This document shows, one piece after another, positions 38,470 to 51,437 of a stretch of 64,000 bases of DNA. The number at the start of each line of letters is the position of its first letter. The first letter of the stretch is position 1. The notes under the pieces were generated by a model. The model saw only the letters and a list, made by a program, of their open reading frames with translations. It was not told the origin of the DNA and made no database searches. The DNA is from Okamejei kenojei (lineage: Eukaryota): positions 124,001 through 188,000 of the forward strand of contig JAVHYY010000086.1 in the NCBI GenBank assembly GCA_035221665.1, read 5' to 3'. The position numbers were made by a program, and so were the translations under genes.

Positions 38470-38770
38470 GTTCCTCCAGTATTGGACGCACGGCTGCGTG
38501 GGTTGGAATGTAGACCGCGATCATGATGATCGAGGTGAATTCCTTCCGGAGGTAAAGGGACGGCACTTCGCTGCCAGGTGTTCCAAGTGCGACTGAAGGA
38601 GATGGACAGAACCGCCACGTCTGAAACCCGGGAAGAGTTTACCATAACACAGGCGCCACCGCCTCTCCTTTCCCCGAGGCCTCACTTCGGTCCATACTGG
38701 AGGGCTGTCTGCAAAATGGGGATTAGCATGTCTCTGTGAACCAGATCACACAACATTCCCTCGTGATTCA
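38470..38770 (-). mobile_element. Rex1/Babar-type LINE endonuclease fragment
   Basis: Pieced ECCVIWFTET..SGKGRGGGACVMVN..KCRP..LRKEFTSIIMIAVYIP. Confidence 0.65.
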
Positions 38771-39563
38771 TTGATATAGCAGGCTTGTTTTTAAGCCCAC
38801 AACCTACTTCTCTAGAGACTGTGATTTGACCAGCAGACTGTTTGGTAAGAATAGGTTGTAGTACCTTACGGTTGAATCCGCAATCCGGTTGACTGATTCT
38901 ATGGATCGCGAAGGTAGCTTCTGATTTACATAAGGGCGTGGAGAGAACGTTGCACTCCGTTGCACTCAGTTTCTATAACTAGCGAAACGGTGGTTTGCTT
39001 TGCGATTGGTGATAACCTGTTTGTCCAAGTGTGGAAACTGACACGTTGAACGCTCGCAAGTAAATTCTGATATCTCGGGGATCACCGCGGTAAATCTCCA
39101 AAGAAATTCAAACGTAAAGGAGGTGGGAAGGTTATTGAGGGGCGTCGAGAGCCAGACATAGAGAGAGAAGGCGAGACGCGCGAGATCAACCATTGCATGC
39201 AAATGAACTCCATTTTCCCAACGTATTTAACAGTTAATTGACTTTTCATTCCTCACATCCTGGCACTTTGAACCCTTACACTTAGCACTTTGAGCTGCTC
39301 TTTTCACGGGTACCATTTCCTCCTTGTTTGTTCCCAACGACCTGATTATCTGAATTGTGTCGCTGCACCCCCCCCCCCCCCCCCCCCAACTCATGGTGGG
39401 CGAGTCTTACGTAAACGGGCTCACATTGCGTGCGTTATGACAACCTATCCAATCCGGCGTCAGATGCACGCCACATTGCCTTCTAAAGACATCCGCATCT
39501 GTCGTCAGATATCAGATGCGGGACAGTGATATCTTGAAAACAACTAACACTTCTCCGTCTGTC

Positions 39564-40919
39564 ACGCGGCCTACATGTTATTTGCTCGTAATGACCTTCC
39601 TCCTGCAGAGTAAGTCTGCGTTTAAACGCTCAGTATGTGCACCTAGACACTGATAAGATATAAGTTGTTAACAATATAGCACGCACAGAAAGGGTAGAAT
39701 ATCAAAACACATTTCCCCAAGGTTGACATGTCAAAGTTTGGAGGGCGCAGCTTTAAGGAGAAAGTATCAATGTTTAAATGTGATGTGCGGGGAAAGGGGA
39801 AACGGATGCCTGGCAATGCAGGCATAGATGGAAGTGGTGTTTACGTAACCATATGACAAAAGACAATAGACAATAGGTGCAGGATTAGGCAAATTGCCTT
39901 TTCAAGACCGCACCGCCGTTCAATGTGATCACGGCTGATCATCCTCAATCAGTACCCCGTTCCTGCCTTCTTCCCATATACCCCGACTCCGCTATCTTCA
40001 AGAGCCATATCTAGCTCTCTCTTGAAGGTAACCAGAGATTCCTCCACCACCGTCCTCTGAGGCAGAGAATTCCACAAAGAAACAACACCCTGTTTGAAAA
40101 AAAAGTGTTTCCTCATGTCCGTTCTAAATATCTTACCCCTTATTCTTAAACTGTGGCACAATGTTCTGGACACCCACAACATCGGAAACACCTTTGCGTC
40201 CTCTAACGTGTCCAAACCCTTAACAATCTTATATGTTTCAATATGATACCCTCTAATCCTTCTAAATTCCAAAGTGTGCAGACCGGGCGGAAATTCCAGC
40301 TGCTCCATTCTCTCAGTATATGATAGTCCCGCCACTCCGGGAATTAACCTTGTGAACCTTCGCTGCACTCCTTCAATAGCAAGAATATCGATGAGCAGCG
40401 AATGGAAGGATTGGGATTCTGTTCAATCAAGTGTGATTAGTTTATTTTAGCATTACACTCGGCAGCGATATTGTGAAAGAAGGTCTGCACCTGTGCTGTA
40501 CAGATCAATGTTATTTGTTGGTTATCTGTTGTTTGATTTCAGTTTCATCGGATTGTCTTTTGCTTTATTAGAGGAAGCTACGGCGAAAAGTCCATCTCTC
40601 AATATCCGCCTGAACTCATTGTTGTCGAAGGACAAGCCGTAATTCTTAATTACAATTACCCGAAATGTTACGATAATCAGATCGCTATCTGGTACATTCA
40701 GAACGGTGGGCAAGTGCCGAAATATCTAATAAAAAAAATTAATGCGGACTTAGAAGATCGGGCTCGTGATTTGCCAGAGATGTTTTCTGCTGCTTACCAC
40801 AAAGGGAATCGCTCGATACCTTGACGTATCTCCGGCTTCCTTGTCTCCGATTCCGCCGTGAATCTCTGCGCCATGATGCCCACACTGCGGCATAGAAGCG
40901 GCTGATCCGAGCAAAAACT
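39564..40919 (+). pseudogene. TCR alpha/delta-type V pseudogene V-A (leader 39564-39609 with ACG start; V exon 40574-40880; 23-RSS 40881-40919)
   Basis: 46-nt leader (T)RPTCYLLVMTFLLQ + GTAAGT. Exon GSYGEKSISQYPPELIVVEGQAVILNYNYPKCYDNQIAIWYIQ...IP*RISGFLVSDSAVNLCAMMP. RSS CACACTG-23-GCAAAAACT. The intron carries a CR1 fragment (~39860-40385). Confidence 0.88.
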
Positions 40920-42112
40920 CTCTCCCGTCATTTCGATCTAATCTTCACCAGAGGGCGCTCTCTTCCATCTTCCAAAAACCGCTGAATAGAATATTGCCCT
41001 CAAACACGAAGCGCATAGCTTCATCTTCCGACATACTTTACATTTTTGGTTTGTTTTTATTCCTACTTGTCGACTGGCCTTTTTTTGCATTCCCAGTTTA
41101 CATTCCATATTTTATCCTCGCAGTCCCTGAAGTGATTCCATAATGCTCCACGAAGCTCATGTTCCCACCTCACTTCTCCGTGACATGCGTTTAACAAGCG
41201 ATTCTGGAAATTTCGAAATCCTCTGAACTCAGTAAGAATAAAATCAACGAACAAAACAGGGCATCACAGTGGCGCATCTGTAAGTGCTGCAGCCTCACTG
41301 CGCCAGGGATCGGGTTTCGATTCTGACTTGCTATATCGTCTGTGTGGTGTTTGCGGGTTATCCCTGTAATCGCGTGGATTTCACCGGATGCTCCAGTTTC
41401 CTCGCGTAACCCAAGGACGTGCGGGTTGGTTTGTTGATTGGGCTTGTGAGATACCCTTTATGCTCACAATAAATACTCAAAGACTAAATCCTGGAAGCAA
41501 GAGATTTATTTATTTTACGAGTCTGCAGACCGGGTGCCTCTCCAACTCGAGACACACTGAAGCCAGGGAGATCATTCCCCTTTATACACAAAATCTTACA
41601 TTCAATTTCACCTCCGGACCTCTCTCCAATCAGAGTCGGAGGTGCACAATCTGTAGGTACAACCCACCGTACATCCCCTCGTACCTCCCACATCATACAT
41701 TGCATGTTCATGGTAATGAGCAATTTCTTGACCAGGGGTGTGTTGTAATATTCATTTTTTCTATTAAGCATGCTCAATTGCTCATGACCTGGCCCCACTT
41801 TCGCTCACCTCCTAGTGAACCCTCTCAGTTTTCCTATATCAGCACTAAAGCTAAGCTATAGTGACTAGGGTCCCATCCATCACTCCTTTCCACTGATAGG
41901 GATCTCCCTACATCACCCCCTTCTCTAGCGAGACAAAGCTATCTCTTCTTACTCAAGGCCTCAAGGATGGGTCTGGCAATTTTCAGACACTGCTGTCAGA
42001 ATCTCCTCTCCAGCCCCTCTCTGTTTGAATTCTCTTTAAAACTCCTTTCTTTAATAGGGTTTAATCACTTTATCCCTCACAATCCCTTTTTCTTTTGCTA
42101 CGCATGCACTGA

Positions 42113-43916
42113 TTAAACCCTCATTTTAAGTTCCTTCAATTCGAACTGACGTAACATCGTCCTAACCTTCTCCTCCTGTAAATCATAAACTTCCCCTGGT
42201 CGCATTATCATTATTTTCTGTATTTTCCCTTTCTCTCCCATAGGCATGACTACAGCCTGCATCTGACTTATACTTCTGGTAATTAGTTCCCTAAAACAAG
42301 GGATACAACAGGGGATGAAGATCAGTCCAGCCACTGCACATAGAAATACAAGTCCCACCGTTCTCCACCATGTTCCTCCGAGGATAGAATCCCACCATTG
42401 GGTTCCCATAATCGAATTCCATTTTTGTATTGGAACATGCGCCTACTTCCGGATCCCTTCTGATATGTCCATCACTGCCTGTCCATTATCATCGATGTTC
42501 AAACAGCAATTAGAGAGGTTGAATTTCCCGCATACCCCTCCTTCTTCTGCCAGGAGGTAATCTAGGGCTAACCTGTTCTGGTATATTGCTGCTCTCATCT
42601 GCATCTGCTGCTTTGCCAGCATCTCCAGCGCCCCGCAGTTTGGTTGGTAATTACCTCCAGTACTGCCTGTAGCCTTATGATCCGGTTTAACATGTATACT
42701 GGTGTTCGGTAGCCCCAGGATCCATCCTGTGCCCAGGTGGCTGGTCCGTAATATGAGATGATTCTTGCTGGTGGCCACTCATCATCTTCCCATTCTCCAA
42801 TGTCTATTTTCCTCTTTTTCCGATATAGGTCATCAAATACAGGTGTTCCTAACGACTGGCCTTCTTTGGGGTTTAACAGGAAGAATCCAGGTTGTACCAG
42901 TCCAATAAAACAAGTCCCACTCCAATTCATCGGTAACACCGAGTATGCCTTGTATCCGCATATCCATAACAATCCTTCAGGGGCGGTCCACTAGAGGCAA
43001 CCTTGTTCCATACATCTCGCAATACTGGGATCCCCTGATAAGGGTTATTCCCGGTGCAGTTCCATAGTCCGGCTGATTCTACTCCATCAATCTCCATCCG
43101 GATAGCGGAGTTTTTCCCATATTTCTTAGTTAGATACCATTTAGGCTCCTCTGGCCACCACACTCGGGACTGATTTTGCCACTGGGTGACGATGCGCTGG
43201 CAGGGGCTGCTGCCTACTAGGACGGCATCCTTTGCCCAGGGCCTAGCGATACACTCAGTCCCGACCGGAGCATCTGTCAGGACCCATACCTGGGGATCTC
43301 GGTCTTGTCCAATTGTCAGGTTCCACCCCATCAGGTCCCATATTTCAACAATGGATCCTCTCCACGGCCAACGTGAATTCATCAGCGGTCCTCCGCAGAC
43401 CCAACAGTTAGTCACATTCAGGGTCCCAGCTATCCGGGTGGCCAAGTCCACAAACAGGTTTTTTTCTCCTTCAGGGATTTCGATCTGCTTCTTGATTTCT
43501 TCGTACAGTGTCTGGTGCACTTGAGGCTGAGTATGTGGGGGAGGGGGAGGCTTCGTGACTACTACCTTAGTAACCTCTTTTATTACTTCCTCCTTCGTCT
43601 TATCTATTGCCCCTTTTATGATCTGAGAAGGGAAAACTAACTGTACACAAACCCATCTCTCTCCCCTTGGGCAGGTAACGGCCCCAAACTTCCCTATATA
43701 CCCCCTATTGCCTGCCATCAAATACTCCTTTCCCCCCTCTTTGCAAATGATTCTATTCTTTCGGTCATGGCATGCTTTATTCACATGGGAATGATAGGTA
43801 AATGATCTGGTTATTACCCCTCTGTATTGAATAGGATGATAACATTGATCACAATTATTAATACCTTTTACAACAATTACATACAAAGCAAACAATACCA
43901 CGACTGCTCCTTTCAT
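42113..43916 (-). pseudogene. env: ERV env (gamma-type), two frameshifts and one in-frame stop
   Basis: Signal peptide MKGAVVVLFALYVIVVKG, CWVC motif, furin site [35 protein letters not shown] and a TM helix with PCCIPC. Confidence 0.92.
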
Positions 43917-43981
43917 ACTGTCAGTTATACATTCAATGCTTTTTCTTTTTAAAATTACTGTTAGGGGTTTACTTCCCGGCT

Positions 43982-44864
43982 TCACACCGTCCACTGTTCC
44001 TCCTCCTCAGGAACGGGTGGATCGACGGGTCCTTTAACCCGGATCGCGTGGGTCCACCCTTTCTCTTTTGTTCGTATTGCTGTCTCGGTTGTCAGTAATA
44101 CTAGGTACGGTCCAGTCCACCTGGGCTGGAGTTTCTCCTCCGTCCAATTTTTGACCAGTACCCAGTCGCCGGCCTTTACAGCATGTATTGGAAAGTCAAG
44201 TGGTGGGCTTTGAGCCAATAATCCTTTCGCTTTTAATTCTGTAAGGGAACGGGACATTGCCAGTAAATAGTTCATTGAGAATACATCACTGCCCTCTATG
44301 GTGGGTATTCCTTCTATCTTTCCCAAATAAGGTAACCCAAACAACATTCCATAGGGGAACACTGCTAACTTTGCATGGGGTCTCCGTTGCTTTTCTCAAA
44401 GCCTTTCTGTTTCCCTACTGCTCCAAACATGTGCCAGACTCTATGTACATATGCTGCTCTTAAAGCCTTAATTTCTGCCAATTGAGCTAAGCAAGATTGC
44501 AGGCAAGCTTCCAATTTGATCCTGCGCTATAGCTTTTACTTCTTTAGATATTACTCGTCCAAAATATTCTACCTGCTGCTGACAAAACAAAAACTTCTTC
44601 CTTGATACATCATGACCTCCTGTGCCATCTTTTCCAAGATAATTACAATGTCTCTTTCTCACGTTGCTCCTCATTTGTGGAACAAACCAACAAATCATTC
44701 ACATACTATATCAACACCTTCCAAATCTGCCTACAACATCTGATTAAAAAAACACGGCGCTAGTATTTAAAACGCTGCCGCATCCTAGCCTAGGTGTATT
44801 TAATACCTCTTCTTAATGTTCTTACCATAGCTATGTTCACCATTATCTTAATAATATTATTAAG

Positions 44865-44897
<33 letters not shown>

Positions 44898-45578
44898 TCC
44901 TGATTATCGTACCTGTTCACATCCCCAACACACCTTATCCATTACCTATCTCCTTACTAGCCTTGTCTGGGCTCAGATCCAGATTTATTTCACTCCCGAT
45001 AGGGCATTTGAGAAAACACTCTCCCAAATACATTTATTATTGGCATGGAATCTCTGGCCCCTGTTTGGTTCTGTCATAGGACTCACTGTGTGTCGGTGCA
45101 TCACTTATTCCAGACTTCAACCAGGTCTGTTGTTACTGACAACATTGTCTTTCCTTTTTCACGCTCTTTCTTTCTAAAGCAGTCTCATCAATTCATCCCT
45201 CTGCTTTCCACTTTAATCCTTTCTGATCTGCCTTCTTTCTCATTCTAAACTCAATGTCTTACTTCTCAGATAGTTTATACTCCTTTGCAAATTTATTCAC
45301 CTTCCTTTCAAAATCTTCCACTGACTTCTCGATCCTCATATTTTACCACCACCTCTTCTACCTCGGGTAATGTCATCACTTTCCCTTCTACCCCTGAGAT
45401 TCTAACCTGTTTTTTTTTTACCCAATCTCATTCCTTCTGGTACCTTAGTTATACTCGATCTTTCTGCTCCCGAATCTACCATAAATATCATATCCTCTTC
45501 CTGGGGTCCTAATTTCAAATTTACCAGAGGTTCCCGTGTGTATCCTATACACCCCAGGGAGCGGAACCCCTGACTCCC
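43982..45578 (-). pseudogene. pol: ERV pro-pol remnant: protease N-half, RT scrap, integrase C-terminus
   Basis: FMVDSGAERS after the gag TAG. YVNDLLV...CQQQVEYFGRVIS at ~44500-44710. GDWVLVK..LQPRWTGPYLVLLTT..WTHAIRVK at 43982-44362. Most of pol is missing. Confidence 0.85.
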
Positions 45579-47621
45579 CTATTCTTCCTCCATGAGTGCG
45601 TACGACTGCACCTCCCGTCGTCGCTTAGGACATTCCCTCTTGAAATGACCCTCCTCTTTACAATAATAACACCAGGGTGGCCCCATGTACCACCCTCCTG
45701 ATCCTTGTTCCTTGTTCTCCCGGGGACCCCAACTTCGGTCCCTCCATTCACCTCTTCCTCGTCCTCCAATACTACTTGCTGTACTGCTTGCAACATCATT
45801 TTTGCCTTTCCCTTCTGTTTCTCCTCATCCCGTCTTACATATCTCTTTTGAGCCTCTGTTAACAACTGATTCAATGGTTTTTCATTCCAATCTTCCAATT
45901 TTTCCAATTTCTTTCTAATATCTGGCCATGATTTTGTTACAAAATTAACCTTCAACAACTGCTGACCTGCAGTCTTATCAGGGTCTATCCTCGAATACTG
46001 CTGGACATTTTTCCTTAACCTTTGTAAAAACACTGTCGGAAGTTCGTCCTTGTTCTGCTGATTTTCAAAAGCCCGTTCGAAATTCTGTCCCCTGGGAACG
46101 GCTTCTCTAATTCCCTTGATTATTATCTCCCTGAGATCTCTCATACTTTTTTCTTCCTTCCCCTGTTTGGTTATTTCAAGTCGGCGCATCTGCCTGCAAC
46201 CCCTTCTCCTGCCTGTCTGACCATCTGTCTTTCTTCTGAAGTAAACAAACTTCCCAGTATCGACATCATTGTCTGCCAACTCCGTTTTGTTTTTCTGGGC
46301 CCCATTAATTTATTACCCTTCTCCAACCAGAATGTTTATCTAAACAAACCATAAAAGCTGCTTGTTGTTCAGCAATTAACTTATTTCTAATTTTTTTTTT
46401 CAAACCATTCCCCCTACAAATACATACGACTAACAATTTGCCAAATTAACTTTACTGAAAAGAAATCTATAGAAGCCAAGCAACCTACATTTTCCAACTT
46501 CCCCTTTTTAAGTTGCGATGATTCAAAGCATTGTCCGTTACCTTACAATAACCTCCCCCATTGCTTACAATTCCTTAAAGGAACACACACAGACACCCTT
46601 ACAACATGTGGCCCACAGCAAACAAACCTATCACATATACAAACTTCCTCATTCATACAAAACCGGTTTTTACATTAGTTCCATTCTTACTTCAATGAGA
46701 TTGTTTGAAACAACTCAATATTTTTCATAAAAACGTTTTTGGCCCTAGGAACTGATCTATTTGTTCAGCCAGTCCCAAGGGGTCGTCCAATAAACTTTTC
46801 ATCTCCCTTTTAAAGTTTCTCACCTCCATACTGGTGAGAGGCACATTTACAAATCTCATCCCCCCGACATTTCCCCCTAACGGGACCTCCCTGAGGGGCT
46901 TCATTCGAACAGACTGCCCTAATCCCTGTGCCTCTGCCCTCGTTTGAGATCGCGTCCTCCGATGACTGCCTGGGGCACTTGTCTCATCCTCGTCCTCACT
47001 TTTTATTCTATCTTCCTTATCTGACTGGCTCTCTTCTTCATCTTGTACCTTCCGTAATTCTCTATGCTCCGTCTCCTCTGAGACAGAAGCGGACAGGTTT
47101 ACTGCCTGGCTTAGTGCGCCTGACTGACTCTGGCTTAGTGGGACCTCCTGGGCAGATGCAGCCGGCGCTGATGGGGGTATATTTGGGGGCTGGGATTCAT
47201 ATGGCGGGGGCAGTCTCCGTAGGTGATCATCACCAATTGGTGGCCAGTCAGGTTCATCCTGCTCTTTTTCCGTCTTTAACGGAAACATCCCATTATTGGG
47301 TTTCCAGCACTGGGCATATTCCTTTTCTATTTGATTCAGCGTTTGTCTCTCATTCACAAAAACATTCAACGCCTGTCTCACCCAGTCCTCATTTGAACCC
47401 AACCGCGGCCACCACACTGCGCTCCCTCGAATAGGCTCCTTTGGCCACTCAAAATAACAAAACTTTATCATAGTTTCTCTACTCTTACCCCGGGTGTGCC
47501 CTTCACCCCATCCATACAACATTCGCCCCAACGGACTATCGGGCGGAATGTTAGGCTCCATATCAGTATGAGCCTCATCCCGGTTCCCCGGACCCTTACT
47601 TCTCCCGTTCCGGTTTCCCAT
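45579..47621 (-). pseudogene. gag: ERV gag (MA, late domains, CA, NC), disrupted
   Basis: MGNRNG start, PPPY and PSAP late domains, MHR-like QQNKDELPTVFLQRLR, frameshifted zinc knuckle CYYCKEEGHFKREC, and TAG at 45579-45581. It is interrupted at ~46140-46725. Confidence 0.88.
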
Positions 47622-49499
47622 TACCTTGTCGGACTATTCCCGTCCGACAAATCCCGATCGCCCAGGCAATACTTAATAGTCGTTTTTCTTACCTGGGTCC
47701 TGTGCACAAGAATCACTCGACCGTCCCGTACGTATTTACCTTACACCCCCTCTTGCTTCCGGAGTCTTTTCCAGCGGATATCACTCGCTCAAACTGCTGA
47801 TGGCAAGCAAGGTGATCAGAGACTGCTGAAATCAGCAGGGTGCACCTTCCCCTCCTTCCTTGCCTCCACCAAGCAGCCGGAGTGGCGATCCCGGACGAGC
47901 CCCCAATTTGTGAGATACCCTTTATGCTCACAATAAATACTCAAAGAGTAAATCCTGGAAGCAAGAGATTTCTTTATTTTACGAGTCTGCAGACCGGGTG
48001 CCTCTCCAACTCGAGACACACTGAAGCCAGGGAGATCATTCCCCTTTATACACAAAATCTTACATTCAATTTCTCCTCCGGACCTCTCTCCAATCAGAGT
48101 CGGAGGTGCACAATCTGTAGGTACAACCCACCGTACATCCCCTCGTACCTCCCACATCATACATTGCATGTTCATGGTAATGAGCAATTTCTTGACCAGG
48201 GGTGTGTTGTAATATTCATTTTTTCTATTAAGCATGCTCAATTGCTCATGACCTGGCCCACTTTCGCTCACCTCCTAGTGAACCCTCTCAGTTTTCCTAT
48301 ATCAGCACTAAAGCTAAGCTATAGTGACTAGGGTCCCATCCATCACTCCTTTCCACTGATAGGGATCTCTCTACATCACCCCCTTCTCTAGCGAGACAAA
48401 GCTATCTCTTCTTACTCAAGGCCTCAAGGATGGGTCTGGCAATTTTCAGACACTGCTGTCAGAATCTCCTCTCCAGCCCCTCTCTGTTTGAATTCTCTTT
48501 AAAACTCCTTTCTTTAATAGGGTTTAATCACTTTATCCCTCACAGGCTCTAAAAAAAATTCTTCTGGTTTGTAGGGAGTGGGAAACAAAGTGGAATAACG
48601 TTCGCTAGGGCGAACGTGTGATCGATGGTCTGCATGGATTCTATGGGCAGAAGGGCCTGATATTTTCCACGCTGTGTCTCTAAACTAAATTAAACCGTAT
48701 TCTAAACACAGACAAATGCTGATCTTTGGAAGAATGTTTGAGTGACTTCGCGGTATCGGACTGCATGCCCGAGGATTCATCAAATCTTTATATTAATACT
48801 AGATTGTTATGTGATCAGGTCGCATTAAGAACGCTAGAAGGCGATAAATAAAATAGTATGACCATGTCCCCTTTTGATCTTTTTGCTCCTACATTGGGAG
48901 TGAAGGCTTTCTGAATCACCCTGTCTGTAGCTCTCATTGTGTTATGTACCATTGTAAGATCACTCTCCGGCTTCCTGCCCTCCAAAGAATAAAATCCCAG
49001 GTTGCACAACGTCTTCCTTTGGCTCAGGCCCCCGTGATTCAAGTCGAGTCCCGAATCTAGAGGACAAACATATTAAACTGCCTGAAGAACTCAGCGGGTC
49101 CAGCAACACCTGAGACAAGAGGTCAACGATTCGGTGAAACCCAAGGCCAATATTGCCCCTTTCTTCATTCTACTCGGTCTAAAGCAGATTTTATTGTGCT
49201 GTTGGGGCATGTATAAACGTTGTGGTCTGAGATTATTAATTGGAATATATTTCACACAATGACATAAAGAGAACACCACACCCCAGATAAGAATATTATA
49301 TAATTGAGCCAACTCTCCATTTCCTCGGGAAGCCATCATCTACGTATCTATGTATCTATGTATCGCTGCATCTGCAAAACGCCCTTTACCCTTGTATGGT
49401 CTCGCTCGGAAGCAGGCGGGCGTCACCGAAAGCCAGAAAATGGAGAGACACAAACAAACGTAGCCTATGAAAACCGACAGCAAATGGATGGCGGTGAAA

Positions 49500-49970
49500 G
49501 GAAAGACGATTAATATAGAGAAACATAGATACTGACGCAAGAGAACAAAGAGAAAGAGAGAAATTATCCACTTAAATAGAATTGGCGGTGTGGAGAAGGA
49601 GAGAACGAGCACGAGATAGTGGAAGTGAGGAAAGTGAGTGAAGAGATGGAGAGATATTGAGCGTGAGAAAATGAGAAGGACTGAGAGAGAGTAGAAGGAC
49701 ACTGCACGCTTGAGATAGAGTGTGTGTTCGTGTGTGTGTGTGAGAGAGAGAGAGGGGGGAGAACAAATGTGTGCAAGTGTTTGAGAGCGAATGATGGAAG
49801 AGAGGAAGAGATGGGGAGAATGGGATAGATAGTGTGAAAATAGACTGTACGCTCCACAGAGAAAAAGAGAGGGAAGCGAAGGAATAGATGGGAGATAAAA
49901 AGAGTGGGAGAGTGACACAGTGTGTGTGTTCGAGAGAGAGTCAGAGAAAGAGCGAGAGAGAGAAAAAGAA
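49500..49970. repeat. GA/GT-rich low-complexity tract
   Basis: Degenerate (GA)n and (GT)n runs. Confidence 0.75.
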
Positions 49971-50161
49971 ACTCGGGCATTGCCCGAACGTGTGAAATTA
50001 GAAGGCGGAGCGATTTCCGGGAAACTAACCAATCCAACACTAGGGAACTGTCCCGGATTATCTTAAATGAGCCTGGTCAGAGCTTTCAGTCGCATGTCTG
50101 ATGCGAGGCGTCAACATACTATAAACATTTTCTCCTCGACTCTTCGTTCAAACCGGACACC

Positions 50162-50959
50162 ATGAGTTCCTCGTGGTCCTTTCTGATAATTATGTTTGTG
50201 CTGCCCGGTGAGTCTGTGCTTAACTGCTCAGTCTGACGTCTGGGGCTTCAATTTAGCGTCGGACTGGGCGGTACGGTGGCGTAGCGGTAGAGCTACCATC
50301 TTACAGCGCCAGTGACCCGGGTTCTATCCTGACCACGGGTGATCGGGTGTACAGAGTTCATACGTTCTCCCCGTGACCTGCGTGGGTTTTCTCTGAGATC
50401 TTATTGTTTCTTCCCGCACTCCAAATACGTACAGATTAGTAGGTTAATTGGAGGCATGGTGTAAATGCAACACTGTCCCTCGTGTGTGCAGGTTAGTGGT
50501 AATTTGCGGGGATCGCTGGTCGGTGGTGATACGGTGGGCTGAAGGGCCTGTGTGCGCGCTGTATTTCCAAACTAAACTAAACGATTGACTCGCGTGTTAT
50601 GTTCGTTCTTACAGGAACATACGCAAAAGAATCCGCGTGCCAGGATCCGCCGGAACAAACGGCCGTGGAAGGACAAAGCATAACATGGAACTGCAGTTAC
50701 TCTGCAGCGTTCAGTGCCTACGCGTCTTTCTGGTACCTCCAATATCCCGCGGAGGCGCCAAGATATCTACTCAAGAGGGTGAACACTGGGTTTGCGGACC
50801 AGTCGCGGATTTGCCAGACAGGTCTTCTGCTGTTTTTCAGAAAGATATTAGGACGGTCCCCTTAATTATCTCCGCTGCCCTTGTTTCAGACTCCGCCGTG
50901 TACCCGTGCGTCATGACGCCAACACTGGTGCAATGAATCAGCGGACCACGACAAAAACC
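50162..50959 (+). pseudogene. TCR V pseudogene V-B (leader 50162-50207; exon 50615-50920; RSS 50921-50959)
   Basis: Intact leader MSSSWSFLIIMFVLP + GTGAGT. The exon has C, WYLQ and DSAVYPC but a 1-nt frameshift near 50805. RSS AACACTG-23-ACAAAAACC. A SINE sits in the intron (50268-50580). Confidence 0.92.
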
Positions 50960-51437
50960 TTTCCCGCCACTCCCGCGACCGTTCGCCACAGGACGCCGTC
51001 ACCCGGCTAAACGACGGAGGTGCTTTTGCGAATCAGCGGAGAACAAATACTCTGTAGGTGCTTGATGTCTGCATCTTATTTTCCATTTGTCTCTTCAGGT
51101 GTAGTTCACGCTGTCGGGGCGGCACAGTAGCGCAGCGGTGGAGTCGCTGCCTGACAGCGCCAGAGACTCGGGTTCGATCCTGACCTCGAGTGTCGAGGCC
51201 ACAGCTCACCCTGTGAGTGCGTGGATTTACTCCGGGTGCTGCGGTCTACCTGCCTGTCTCTCTGTCTATCGCCATCTCTTTCACTCTCACTATCGCTCTC
51301 GCACTTTCTGTCTCCAACCAATCCTGTGCAGGAAACGCCTCTAGTGAACCGGAACTTGGCTTCCATTCACACATCCGAGGCAACTGCACCGTGTGAAAGT
51401 CTTCTCCTTCTCTCTCTCTCGTTCCAAATCGGGCACC

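Larger units (their letters stand above)
41445..48544 (-). mobile_element. Class I (gamma/epsilon-like) endogenous retrovirus, two-LTR provirus inserted in a HE1-like SINE
   Basis: LTRs at 47909-48544 (5') and 41445-42081 (3'), 4-bp TSD GGCT, PBS TGGGGGCTCGTCCGGGAT (47888-47905, tRNA-Pro) and PPT AAAAGAAAAAGGGAT next to the 3' LTR. SINE halves at ~41258-41444 and ~48545-48690. Confidence 0.96.

Noticed and set aside
41388-48331. 150-180 aa ORFs inside the LTRs (also 9808-10356)
   Set aside because: They recur only because the LTR is repeated, their frames differ between copies, and they show no protein motifs.
49340-50040. 230-aa S/L/H-rich ORFs
   Set aside because: Artefacts of GA/GT low-complexity sequence.
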